A DNA stretch of 56,699 bases from Scyliorhinus canicula (GCF_902713615.1 NW_024056007.1:62001-118699); one strand, 5' to 3'; positions 25,713 to 36,492 are shown, numbered from the stretch's first letter. Numbers and translations: made by a program. Notes: generated by a model from the sequence alone, not told the origin.

Positions 25713-26299
25713 CCCATGTTCAACATCAGTTTGGCCCTATTGTTGCTGATAAATCGCAGTCAAATTCTGTTGGATATTTCTGGACGAAGTGATAAAATCC
25801 AGTTGGGTTTCTCTTGGCCAATTATTTTTGGAACAGCTTGACTCGTGGATGAAAAAATGTTCCATCGGTTTTGTTTCTCAACACCGAAAGTAGGAACTAA
25901 AAGGGACATCCATGGTAGAATCAAACAGAAATAAGGATGGCATTCGGTCCCTAGCGTAAATACCGTGCTTTAATATATGAACTACTATTCCACCATGTTT
26001 TTCCCATAGCCCTGTTATTATCCTTTTGACCTTTAACCGTTTGTAAACCACTGTTGAATCAGCTCTCTCCCCCCATTCTGACAGTGCATTCCAGATCGTT
26101 AGAGCTTACTGGGTGGAATAAAATATCACCTCAGTCCCCAGTGGTTTGCATTGTAAGAATGTTATTGTGACAGTGAATACAATTCAAATGCAATTAACGG
26201 AATAACATTGCCACTGAAACTGAGAAATTCACGCGATTGGCAAATACCCCAGGTTATTCAGTGGTTAAACCATTTCTCTTGTGCCTCCAGATTGAACAT

Positions 26300-26480
26300 G
26301 GTGTGGATTACAGACGCAGTGACCTGCCTGGCGGTGATTTAACCTGAGGATCACCACACCTCAGGCGTGGGGCAAGGTTGCGAAGGTGAGACCTTCACAA
26401 ATTACCTCAGCCAATATGGAAATTGACCACGCGATGTTGGCCATCACCACCCACCTTGCCAGCCAACTAAGTTAAACGGG
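26300..26480 (-). mobile_element. tRNA-derived SINE (second family)
   Basis: Matches 10770-10982. Confidence 0.6.
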
Positions 26481-26529
26481 CCCCAATAGCGAAGATTACA
26501 GACACACTGATTACCGAGAGAGTGATAGG

Positions 26530-26900
26530 GAGGCCGTGGCCTAATGGTATTCTCGCTGGGCGAGTAATTTCTTGGCCTAGAGTCATTTGCTGGCAGCTGG
26601 GTTTCGAATTCCACAATAGCAGATGGCGAAATTCGAATTCAGTGAAAGAAATCTAGAATCAAAAGTCTCAAGGTGACCATGAAACCGTTGTGGATTATTG
26701 GAAAACCTCATCTGGTTCACGAATGTCCTTTCAGGAAGGAAATATGTCTTCCTACCTGGACTGGTCCACATATGACGCCAGATCCACGGTGCTTGACTCC
26801 TTTTTTCCAGGAGTCTTTCTCCTCTTAAATGCTGTTATTATCCTTGATTCTGATTCAGGATGGACAATAAATGCTGGCCCACCCACGAGGTCCACATGCG
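26530..26900 (+). mobile_element. Deu-domain SINE (SacSINE1/AmnSINE-like)
   Basis: catctggttcac.aatgtccttt.aggaaggaaat...cct.acctgg.ctgg.c.aca.atgac.ccaga, recognised Deu core. Confidence 0.7.
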
Positions 26901-27059
26901 ATGGGCGGTATAAAAAATATGCAGAGCTGCAAAAAATCTGAAAATGGCAAGGATTAAAGACAGACAGAGATGTATCACAGAGAGAGCTGTGTGAGAAATT
27001 GTGTGTCTGTCTTACTCACCAATATTAGATGTTTCTAAAGCTTTCTCCCTGCTCTGTAT

Positions 27060-27617
27060 AACTGTGTGTGTGTGTAATCCTGACCACGTTCAGGTTTCTG
27101 TACAGCTCTCTCCGTGCTCTGTCTCACTGTGTGTGTAATCCTCACCATGTTCAGGTTTCTGTACAGCTCTCTCCGTGCTCTGTATCACAGTGTGTGTAAT
27201 CCTCACCATGTTCAGGTTTCTGTACAGCTCTCTCCGTGCTCTGTATCACTGTGTGTGTGATCCTCACCATGTTCAGGTTTCTGTACAGCTCTCTCCGTGC
27301 TCTGTATCACTGTGTGTGTGATCTTCACCATGTTCAGGTTTCTGTACAGCTGTCTCCGTGCTCTGTATCAGTGTGTCTGTAATCCTCACCATGTTCAGGT
27401 TTCTGTACAGCTCTCTCCGTGCTCTGTATCACTGTGTGTGTAATCCTCACCATGTTCAGGTTTCTGTACAGCTCTCTCCGTGCTCTGTATCACTGTGTCT
27501 GCAATCCTCACCATGTTCAGGTTTTTGTACAGCTCTCCGTGCTCTGTATCACTGTGTCTGCAATCCTCGCCATGTTCAGGTTTTTGTACAGCTCTCCCCG
27601 TGCAATGTGTCACTGTG
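27060..27617 (-). repeat. 61-bp minisatellite, each unit a 23-RSS
   Basis: Minus unit CACAGTG-atacagagcacggagagagctgt(23)-ACAGAAACC-22 nt linker; nine heptamer+nonamer copies plus a degenerate tenth. Confidence 0.95.
27579..27617 (-). other. 23-RSS of the supporting Vdelta
   Basis: CACAGTG (27611-27617), 23 nt, ACAAAAACC (27579-27587): perfect consensus. Confidence 0.97.
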
Positions 27618-27922
27618 CTCTGCTCCGACTCAGTGCACAATAATACACAGCAGAGTCGCTCAGTTGTGCTTTGAATATCTTTAACTGGCTGATTTTCCCG
27701 GTTGTATCGATAGAAGCAGAAATTCTCCCTCCAGCAACTGTTTCTTTATTCTCCTCTCCTGAAGTGTGGCTCCGAAGCAGGCATTCCGGAGCCTGTCCTG
27801 GGAACTGACGGTACCAGTGTACTGTGTACTGGCAGAACCCTGAATATCGCAGCTTAAAGTAACCGTGTCACCGGCAGCAGGGTTTTGGAGAGGCAGACAC
27901 TTGGAAACCAATGAACTTAAAT
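27618..27922 (-). pseudogene. TCR Vdelta segment, putative NAR-TCR supporting V; frameshift in CDR1
   Basis: ttccag acceptor, phase 1; DLSSLVSKCLPLQNPAAGDTVTLSC...[shift]HWYRQFPGQAPECLLR...QLSDSAVYYCALSRSR; no leader seen between it and the joined NAR exon. Confidence 0.88.
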
Positions 27923-28506
27923 CTGGAAGTTGAAAATATAATTGTTTATTTTGTTTTCACCACTGTTTATCCAGGGGAATTTGGCAATCGGGCGAATAGC
28001 TCTGATCTTTTGCCCTATTGTTATCATGTTCATGATGTACTCCATGCTACTCAAATATGACCCAGTGGGGAATGAGAGGATTTTATTTATTTTACACACC
28101 AAGTTCGAACAATCTGGAATGTATTGTCAGAATGGCTGGTGGAAGCTGAAGCAATAGTGACTTACAAATGGGTGATGGTCAAGTACCGGGGCAGGAAGCA
28201 AAGCCGGTTTCTGGGGAAAGTTCATGGGCCGTGGGAAGAATAGGACTGTATGTGCATAGAGGCAGGATAGGACAAATGCCATCCTTGCGCTTTGTGTGAT
28301 GATTCTATGATGTATGTTACATTTCAGAATCTGCTTAACATGGTGAGCGGCAAACCCAGGGTACGTTGTAAAAGCAGAGGCAATCAGCTCCCAGAAATGA
28401 TTATCCCAGAGCAATTCAGCTGTATTCTATTACTGCACACAACAAGATCAAACAAAACAAATAATTGCGTTTCCTCAACAAGACTGGCACAGCCGACGTT
28501 GTACAC

Positions 28507-28835
28507 CACTGGTCAGAGGTCAATCACTGACTGCAGTTTAACATTTCCCGGATTTCTGATTGTCTTTTCATCTGTTTATCTATTTTCCTCTATCAGGAAA
28601 ATATTTTCTCTGTTTTTCTGTTTAATTTGGAATATTTTGTGAGTTTAATATTATTTCTGCATTTAATTGGCTGCTTTCGCTTCTCACAATCGTGAGAACT
28701 GCTGAAAGTCTCTGAATTGTCGGTTGGGTTCAGTGTGTTCAGTTTCCGCAGGTGGTATTACTGTTACTCACTGAGAACCGCCTTTTCCGGCGCTCTGACA
28801 ATTACAATTCTTTCTGTTTATTAACTGATTCTCTC
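28507..28835 (-). repeat. Inverted copy of the 25393-25712 element
   Basis: See partner feature. Confidence 0.8.
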
Positions 28836-29369
28836 CCCCGTTCAATGTGAGGAGTTCTCGAAGCATTACATTGTAGACAATCTGCCTAAATGGAATAGAC
28901 CATTCGGCCCAACGGATTTATGTTGCACCAATATCCAGACCTACCTCCCCATCCTGAAATCTAACAGCTTATTTGCATTCATGTCCCTGTGTCGGTGTAC
29001 TCCGTTATCCCTCCAGTCTTTTTCATATGTCCCAATATACTACTGCTCAAATTATTCCAGGTGGCAGTAAGGCCATTCTGACAGTCTTGTGTGAAGTTAT
29101 TAGCCTTATGTTTTTATTGTTTGATTGATGATTATCACATATCAATGTTTCATTGCACTTAACTCCGCCACAAATAACGATTGTTCCCCATCCACCCTTC
29201 GAACCACCAGAATTTGAAATACTTCTATGAACACTCTTGGTGTCTCTCGGTCTTCCAGGGAAAAGGTGGCCCGCTATGTTCAACATTTCCAGAGATATGT
29301 GGGTTGTTGTTGACATCTTTTGTCAGAAAGAGGAAGGTAGTGCCGCAGCGACATTGTTAAAGGACTAAT

Positions 29370-29470
29370 AATCCAAAGATCCAGGGCAGATGGTAAAAGC
29401 CCATTTGGTTCATTAATGTCCTTTAGAATAATCTGTCACCTCTGGCCTACATGGACATCTTATGCCCTCA
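29370..29470 (+). mobile_element. Deu-SINE core fragment
   Basis: cccatttggttcattaatgtcctttag...ctggcctacatg. Confidence 0.55.
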
Positions 29471-29710
29471 GGGATGTGCAATAATAGTTTATATACATGC
29501 AACCACTGAATAACCACTGTTCTTTGATATATAGAATCCGCACATGGACAATAATAGATTGACTGATGAAATGTCTCCTCTTCTTCGTTCTATTGGATGA
29601 CACATGTTCCGAAGTTGTGACTCAGAATTATAGACATTGCTGACTGGGCAAACACCACAAATCTGCTCTGTCAAGTCTCTTGCGAATATTACGTGTTCTA
29701 ATGAGATATA

Positions 29711-29872
29711 GGATTCTCCAGTTTTCCTGTGTGGCGCACCCTCGCCAGCACCGAGATGTTTTATTCCGGCATCTGGCCAATGCTTCCCATTGTCGTCATG
29801 CCACGCCGTCGGGAAACCCGTGGGCGTGGGTGCACTGCCGGCGGACCAGAGCATCCCGCCAATGGAGAATTT
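29711..29872. mobile_element. MITE-like GC-rich element
   Basis: Terminal inverted ggattctcc / ggagaat; internal ccacgccgtcgggaaaccc. Confidence 0.45.
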
Positions 29873-30612
29873 TGTTGGTCTTTGGCTTCTAAATTTTAAG
29901 GAAGATAGACTTTACATACATATCTCTTCTGATGCCTTTATATTTGGAATCAGTATAATGAACCTTTGTTTAATTCCTTAAAATAATGAAAATCCTTTCT
30001 AAAGTTTGTGTCCAAATCTTTTCACAGCATTCCAGACTGGAGTCTATCGCAATTCCTGCTAAAATCAAAACTTATTCCAGTTGACGTTCTGTACCGAGGG
30101 ACCCTGGTTCTTCATCTGAGGTAGTGGGTAGTAACCAGCAAGAGGTTTCCATGCCTATTTTTTGGTCTGATGCCACGTGACGTCATGGAAACGGGAGTCA
30201 ATGTTGATGACTCCAAGGGAGCTCCATCCTGACGTATGTTACCGTGCCGCCACCTGTGGTTCAGTCCTTCCGATGGGATAGAACATACAAAGGGAAAATA
30301 ATGATGATGTCTGGCACATGGTCTTGGAGGTATGATTTGACGAGTATGTATTGGTAAGTCTGTTGCTTGAAAAGTCGGTGGAATATCTTTCCCAATTTGG
30401 CATAAGCCTCCACAAGTTAGTAAGGACAAAAAAGCAGAGTCGCGGAGGCTGGGCGTCCCATCATCATTTCTGTTCCCTGGTTCGATTCCAGGCGGTTGTC
30501 TGACGGCCTGTGAGATTTTATTCATTTTGCTAGACTTCGTAGCGATTTTGTCCAACTGCCCGGTTTGCTAGGCCATAATTTAAGTTCATAGTTAATTTAA
30601 AAACACACTCCT

Positions 30613-30830
30613 TGTGTCTGGAGTCACGTGTGGTTTGGACCTGGCCCGAATGGCAGATTTCCTCCTCAAAGGACAAGTAGTGAAGCTGAGATCTTGCAAC
30701 AACATTGGTTTCATGATCACCGTACCGCGACTAGCTTTACATTCCAGACGTTTTTATTAGCTGAACTTAAATTTAATTGGTGGAATTTGAAGCTATGTTG
30801 CCAGACCACTACTCTGGGTCACTAGATTAT
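30613..30830 (-). mobile_element. Deu-domain SINE, decayed
   Basis: ctggagtcacgtgtgg...ggcagatttcct...aaaggaca.tagtgaa, reverse of the Deu core. Confidence 0.6.
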
Positions 30831-30921
30831 AAATGAAATAATATTACCGTTAGATTTCCACTTCCCCAAGGTAAACATTAACGTGGACTGTCTATTCACG
30901 TCACAGTTTGGGGACACTCAC

Positions 30922-31269
30922 CGGCTGTGATATTTACGACCGTTCCGGGTCCGTCTGCATCGCCTTCTTTCGAAACGCTATTTCCACATCCATACTTGTA
31001 CTGAGCTTTACAGTAATATGTGGCGGTGTCTTCGATTATCGCATCACGAATTTCCAGCGAAAATATATTTGCTGCTTTATTCACCGACACATTAAACCTT
31101 CCTCCGGCGGAGATCCGCTCCCGTTCTGTACCAGTTTGCTTTTTGCTGAAGAAACTTCCAGCCTCTAAGCTGAAATAATCACCATTGAAACCACAGGTGA
31201 TGGTGACAGACTGACACTCCGTTCTGGTCTCCGCTTCCGGGCTCTGGGTCACTGGCTGACTGAAAGATT
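30922..31269 (-). CDS. NAR-TCR (VNAR-like) V-D-J exon, already joined, open frame
   Basis: ttccag acceptor to G|GTGAGT donor, 348 nt, phase 1-1; VTQSP..VTITC..RISAGGRFNVSVNK..FSLEIRD..EDTATYYCKA-CDR3-DGPGTVVNITA; short VNAR-type FR2/CDR2; no RSS inside. Confidence 0.9.
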
Positions 31270-32143
31270 CTGGAAATTAAATAGAGACAGTTTAATGGGC
31301 CATCAGAGCCGAACCACACAACGGGGCTAAAACCCCAGACAGTGTCTATAAGTGAAATGGACTCGAGAAGATTTATGTTAAATCCACACAATGTGCGTCA
31401 GTTTGATCGGTATTCTCGGGGCAAGCAGACACAAAGAGTGAAAACAAGAAGGATTCCCATCGTTATGTTGCCTGGAACTGATGGTCTATATCACAGAGAG
31501 CTGGGCACTGCAGTACTGTATTGCTCTGGGAGACTGGGCCTCAGTGCGGGACTGAAATATTTCACGGCGTGAGGTTTAATTGCCGAGGGTGATGTGCCAC
31601 AGACCGTGCATGGGACGCACGGTTGCCGTCTTCCTCAGTTTGAATAAGTGACAGGCTTAAGAAGGGACCGGCAGTTTTTTGTTGCGTAATTAGGCCTGTA
31701 AGCCTGATTTGAAGACCCCCCTCTCTCTTTATTTGTCTGATGTAGAGTGGCCGGGGAAGGAAGAGAGATTTTAGAGGAGTTTGTCTCACTCGCCCCATTC
31801 AGCAATGAGCTGAGAGCTCCGCTCATATGTTTTAATAAGTGGTAGTTTGAGAATGTGGGATTTTGGAAAATTCCTTCTGTCCAATATAATTCTAACTGTG
31901 TTTAAAAAAGACCTGAAAATTCTGAAAAACTCAGCAGATCTGGCAGCAACTATGGAGAGTGAGAGTTAAATGATCGAGTCCAAATATGTCTCTGAAGAAA
32001 CGAACTATGATTATTCCTCTTTCCAATCGCACCGCCTGGATGTTTAAAGAGTTAATTACCTGCAAAGAGTCGCATTCAGAGTATCATATTTCATCATTGG
32101 TTTTGTCTATACACGCTGTGTTTGTGTAACTTACCTCTTCACT

Positions 32144-32230
32144 CACCTGATGAAGGACCTACGCTCAGAAAGCTCTTGATTCCAAATACACCTGTTGGAC
32201 TTTAGCCTGGTGTGGTAAGACTTCATACTG
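32144..32230 (+). mobile_element. Penelope-like fragment with minimal hammerhead-like motif
   Basis: cac-CTGATGA-aggacctacgctca-GAA-AGCT-C-ttg. Confidence 0.55.
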
Positions 32231-32739
32231 TGCATTATTCAAGAAGAGGTACATGCTCAACACAAAGAACAAACTCACCATATGTTTTCAAAAAATGCTT
32301 GTTGCACTTTTACTCTGTGTTTATTTGAAATTATGTTTCCAGAAAGTCATTTTTGATTTCCAGATCCAGATCATTCAGTTTTCAGTTGCAATAATAGAAC
32401 AGGAAGACACACTCAGTAGAAAATTGAAAGTGGGTGAGCGTCCATGTTGAGGCCTGCTTTCAAGATCACAGTCGCTACCTTACGAAAACTGTTTACTGGG
32501 TATGAACTGTACCTCATCCAATACAAACTCTGATAAATTAATTTTCTGACTATGCGTCGCACATATATTGTCGGTTGCTCCACTGACGTCAGAATACCTC
32601 TGGATAAGCTGCCTCTAATTCATGATGTCTAATCAAAAACATATTGCTCATCGCCTCACCGGAAAAGAATCTGTTACTAGACTCCTGAATGACTCTCTTA
32701 TAGACTGATCCGATATCTCCACACATCTCTTCTACTGAG

Positions 32740-32910
32740 TAATATTGCACTCCGTGTGCTCACCAGTTCTCTGTGCCTATGTATTTACATTGTGTATTGA
32801 TGTATGTCCTCTGTCTTTCATGTATGGGACTATCTGTCTAGACTGTACGCAGAACAATAGTTTTCACTGTACCTCGGTACAAGTGACAATAAAAAACAAA
32901 TCCAAAAAAG
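32740..32910 (+). mobile_element. Rex1/Babar-like 3' tail fragment
   Basis: tgtctagactgtacgcagaacaa..tttcactgtacctcggtaca.gtgacaataaa, recalled family tail. Confidence 0.45.
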
Positions 32911-33096
32911 AACTCATAAATGTTTTTGTTTCATACACAAGTTTTGCACATTAAATATGTGTGCTGAACCCTTCTTGGACAGAATATTGAAGAACATCTC
33001 GTTCCACACACATGATTTCCTCATGGCTACAACAAGAACAGCTTGTATTTTACAGTACAGATAACATAATATACATCGTAGATCAAAAGTCAACCA

Positions 33097-33727
33097 CGGT
33101 GGCACAGTGTTTATCACTGATACCTGACAGCACCAAGGAAGTGGGTTCGATTCGGTTTTTAGTGACTGTGTGGCGTTTGTACGTTCTCCTGTGTCTGAAT
33201 GGGTTTCCTCTGGGTTCTCGGGTTTCCTCCCACAGTCCAAATACCTGCAGGTTAGGTGCGTTACAGGATTACAGGAAGAGGGCGGGGTGTGGGTCCAGGG
33301 AGGGATATCTTTCGAAGGGTATATATTCTCTAGATAAAGTCTAGATCAACCTGTCCCACTCTAAATGCAATTGCTCATTTCCTTCCAGCTCCTTCTGTCG
33401 ATGTATTCTGTTCTCCTTTATATATTTTCAAGTCTTCCCATTTGTAGAATCACTACAGTGCAGAAGGAGGGCAATCGACTTATCGTGTCTGCACTGACCC
33501 TATCCGCGTAACCGCACCTAACCTTTTTGGACAATAAGGGACAATTTAGAATGGCCAATCTGCCTATGCTGAACGTATTTGGATTTTGGGAGGAAACTAT
33601 AGCACCCAGATGAAACTCAGGCAGACACCGGGGGGAAAGTGCAAACTCCACACAGTCACGCGAGACCAGAATTGGACCCGGGTCCTTGGAGCTGCGAGGC
33701 AGCAGTGCTAACCACTGTGCCGCCATA
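33097..33727. mobile_element. Two V-SINE-like copies in opposite orientations (about 33097-33290 +, 33440-33727 -)
   Basis: Head and core motifs as in other copies. Confidence 0.75.
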
Positions 33728-34189
33728 CCGAACTAAAGGAGAATGACACAACGGACCTCAGGTATAAATATCCAGTTTTATTATTGGGAATTTTATTATT
33801 GTGAAATCAGTGAAATAAATTAGTGGCATTGCAACCGCCATTTGTTCCAGTTGTTACATATAATCAAGCACTTTCCTCCTTTACCCCCATAAGACCGAAT
33901 TGTGAAAGTTTGGAACTGCAGAAACTTCATATATATTCAATGTAGATGTTTGAGAGATGGGATTATAGTAATGTATTCCATCCCTAATTACTGTTACTTG
34001 AAACAGCAGTGAGAAAGTGAGGATTACGTTTTAATCTTACAAAGGGAAGCAGGAACATAGGAGAACACTTTTAAAATGTGGCAGGGTGGATATTCATTTA
34101 CAAACAGCAAGGAGTGATTCATTGAAAAGGAGAGAAGGATGGATGATGTCTGAAGAACCCTCAAGTACAATCATGCACAGGTGAAATGT

Positions 34190-34720
34190 AAGGTTTAATT
34201 GAAGAATGTACTGAAATGCGGTCCGGTCTGGATCCTGTGTAATGTTTGAGCTCCTTAGTTGAGGAAGGTCGACATGGTTTGGAAGGGTTAAATAAATATT
34301 CACCAGGCCGATGTTTGAGATAAAGTGGTTTTACAAATATGTGATTGTGTGGTCTTGGCCTATATTGTCTACAGTTTTGAGTAATTGAGTTCACCTAATT
34401 AGGAAATATAGTATTTTCAAGAGCTTAGTCAGAACAGGTACTGGTAGCTATTTCCAGGTTTGGAAGACTAAACCTGGGGTCACAGGTTCAGAATAAGTGT
34501 TTGAGACATTAGAACTGAGAAGAGGAGAAATGTTCTTCAGTAAACTCATTGTAGTGAACTGTGGCATTCATATCTCAGAAAGATAACTCAGTGATAAGTA
34601 TATTTAGGGTAGTGTTCAATTTTTTGGTGAATGCAAAAAATAATTAAGTGAAATGGGTGAAATTCGAGAAACTGATTTTGAGGTAGGAGGTTAGTCACGA
34701 TATCACTGAATGGCGGAGCA
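34190..34720 (+). mobile_element. Old CR1 3' fragment
   Basis: Degenerate RGHS/RNFFSQRVV-type region. Confidence 0.5.
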
Positions 34721-34934
34721 GCTTTGAAAGTCGCTCCAGACTCTATCCTGTTAGAATGTTTGTTTTGATGACTTTCAGTCTACAAAGAGGAACGAGCAAC
34801 ATTCGAAATTACTCTGGAAAGTTGGAACATGTGGGTCTCATTTCTCGAAGAATAGGGAACCATGAGAAGGGTTCACAGTTCTTTTAAAAAAAAATGATGA
34901 ACAGTATTAATGCAATCATTGTGGAGAATTGTTT

Positions 34935-35226
34935 ATAATAATAGTCTTTATTGTCACAAGTAGGCTTACATTAACACTGCAATAACGTTACTGTGAAAAT
35001 CCCCTAGTCGCCATATTCCGGCGCCTGTTTCGATACACGGAGGGAGAATTCAGAATTTCCAATTCACCTGACAAGCACGTCTTGTGGGAAGAAACCGGAG
35101 CACCCGGAGGAAACACACGCAGACACGGGGAGAACGTGCAGACTCCGCACGACAGTGACCCAAGCCAGGAATTAACCCGGGACCCTGGCGCTGTGAAGCA
35201 ACAGTGCTACCCACTGTGCTACCCTA
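34935..35226 (-). mobile_element. V-SINE with caggcgccggaat...gcctacttgtgacaataaa tail
   Basis: The tail is shared with the 24760 and 50765 SINEs. Confidence 0.75.
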
Positions 35227-35344
35227 TGTGTAGGTGTGCACTAGGCAATGGGTCATCTACACATGATAGTAATTAGCAGAAAAAAATACATTAAGTAGAA
35301 GAAATTTAAACAATGGCATGTGAAAATGTGGACGGGGTTGGTTG

Positions 35345-35605
35345 CCACAGATAATATTGAAACGGCGGCAGTGGAGTTTGCACTTCCTCCCGTGTCTGCG
35401 TGGGTTTGCTCCGGGTTCCCGTTTTCCTCCCATAATCCAAAGATGTGCAGGTTAGGTGGATTGGCCATTCTAAATTGGCCCTTCGTGTCCAAAACGTTAG
35501 GTGGGTTACGGGAGAGAGGGTGGAGGCGTGGGTTTAAGTAGGGTGCTTTTTCCAAGGGCCGGTTCTGATCAATGGCCGAATGACATCCTTCTGCACTGTA
35601 AATTC
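35345..35605 (+). mobile_element. V-SINE-like SINE, 5' truncated
   Basis: Core and tail motifs. Confidence 0.75.
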
Positions 35606-35745
35606 TGTAGTAAGAAGTCTTACAACATCAGGTTAAAGTCCAACAGGTTTATTTCAAACACAGGTTTGTGTTTGTTGGACTTTAACCTGGTGTTGTAAGA
35701 CTTCTTACTGTGTTCACCCCAATACAACGCCGGCATCTTCACATC
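35606..35745. mobile_element. Penelope-like hairpin element
   Basis: agtaagaagtcttacaaca.caggttaaagtccaaca ... tgttggactttaacctggtgttgtaagacttcttact inverted arms. Confidence 0.7.
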
Positions 35746-36399
35746 GTAAATTCTGTGATTCTATGGTTCTACAGTGTCAGGTATTGAAGGAGCCACTGCA
35801 GGTGTTCGAACTGCCGTGGTAATGTTCAGTCTATTTAAGTGGTACCTCATTCACATTGTGCGGCTCATAATGAAATCTGCTGCCCAGCAGAGAGCTCTGA
35901 GATATTGCTTCTGTACTTTAAGTTACAAACAGAGTTCCCGCGGTCAGAGTTAGCGCTGGGATTGAGTCAGGAATATGCACAATCTGGGCTCATTATAAAT
36001 AATGAGGAGTGTGAGAGTCCTCAGTGTGTCAGCTAACTGAATACTGTCCCGGACACTCAACCCGCACACTCCAGCTAACACCACCATCCAACCAGCATGC
36101 TCGACTATCTCTACCGCGTTGACCCCCGACTCCGTCCTGTCTCACGAAATATTTGCCAAGGACAGAAGTATACCCCATTCCCGAAGCAGATCATGTTCCC
36201 AAATCGAAATTTGCAACGGGAGGATTCCACGGGAAACAGATTCACTTTACTTTCGAAGGAATTTAAATGACACTGATCACAATAATAAACTGACAGTGAA
36301 CATTAACTGAAGCAATCTGTAACACGGCGGTGTTGGCTGTCACTTACCAGCTCGTGTTTGACTTTAACCTGGTGTTGTAAGACTTCTTACTATACTTAC

Positions 36400-36453
36400 C
36401 AGCTGTGACAAGTCACCCCCGATCCCGATCCATCCACATATCGATCAGACCAC
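36400..36453 (-). pseudogene. NAR-TCR J segment with +1 nt insertion
   Basis: WSDRYVDGSGSGVT-(t)-VTAG|gtaagt; aligns with DGPGTVVNITA of the joined exon. Confidence 0.85.
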
Positions 36454-36492
36454 CACAGCGACATCACTCTCAGTCTCCTCTGTACAAGAACC
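36454..36492 (+). other. 23-RSS of the NAR-TCR J
   Basis: CACAGCG (36454-36460), 23 nt, ACAAGAACC (36484-36492). Confidence 0.9.

Noticed and set aside
27060-27617. CRISPR array or transposon TIR interpretation of the 61-bp repeat
   Set aside because: There are no unique spacers, the context is eukaryotic, and all RSS face the same way, so they are not a terminal inverted pair.
27358-27684. Repetitive ORFs over the RSS array
   Set aside because: They arise from the 61-bp periodicity; no splice or start context.
31785-31826. MSGALSSLLNGA as leader of the joined NAR exon
   Set aside because: Not hydrophobic enough, and no counterpart upstream of the paralog.
32253-32580. Plus-strand V-like peptide (IEQEDTL...VYW)
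   Set aside because: Cys, Trp and YYC spacing are unconvincing, and there is no RSS.
35843-35870. cacattgtg as an RSS
   Set aside because: No nonamer at 12 or 23 nt on either side.
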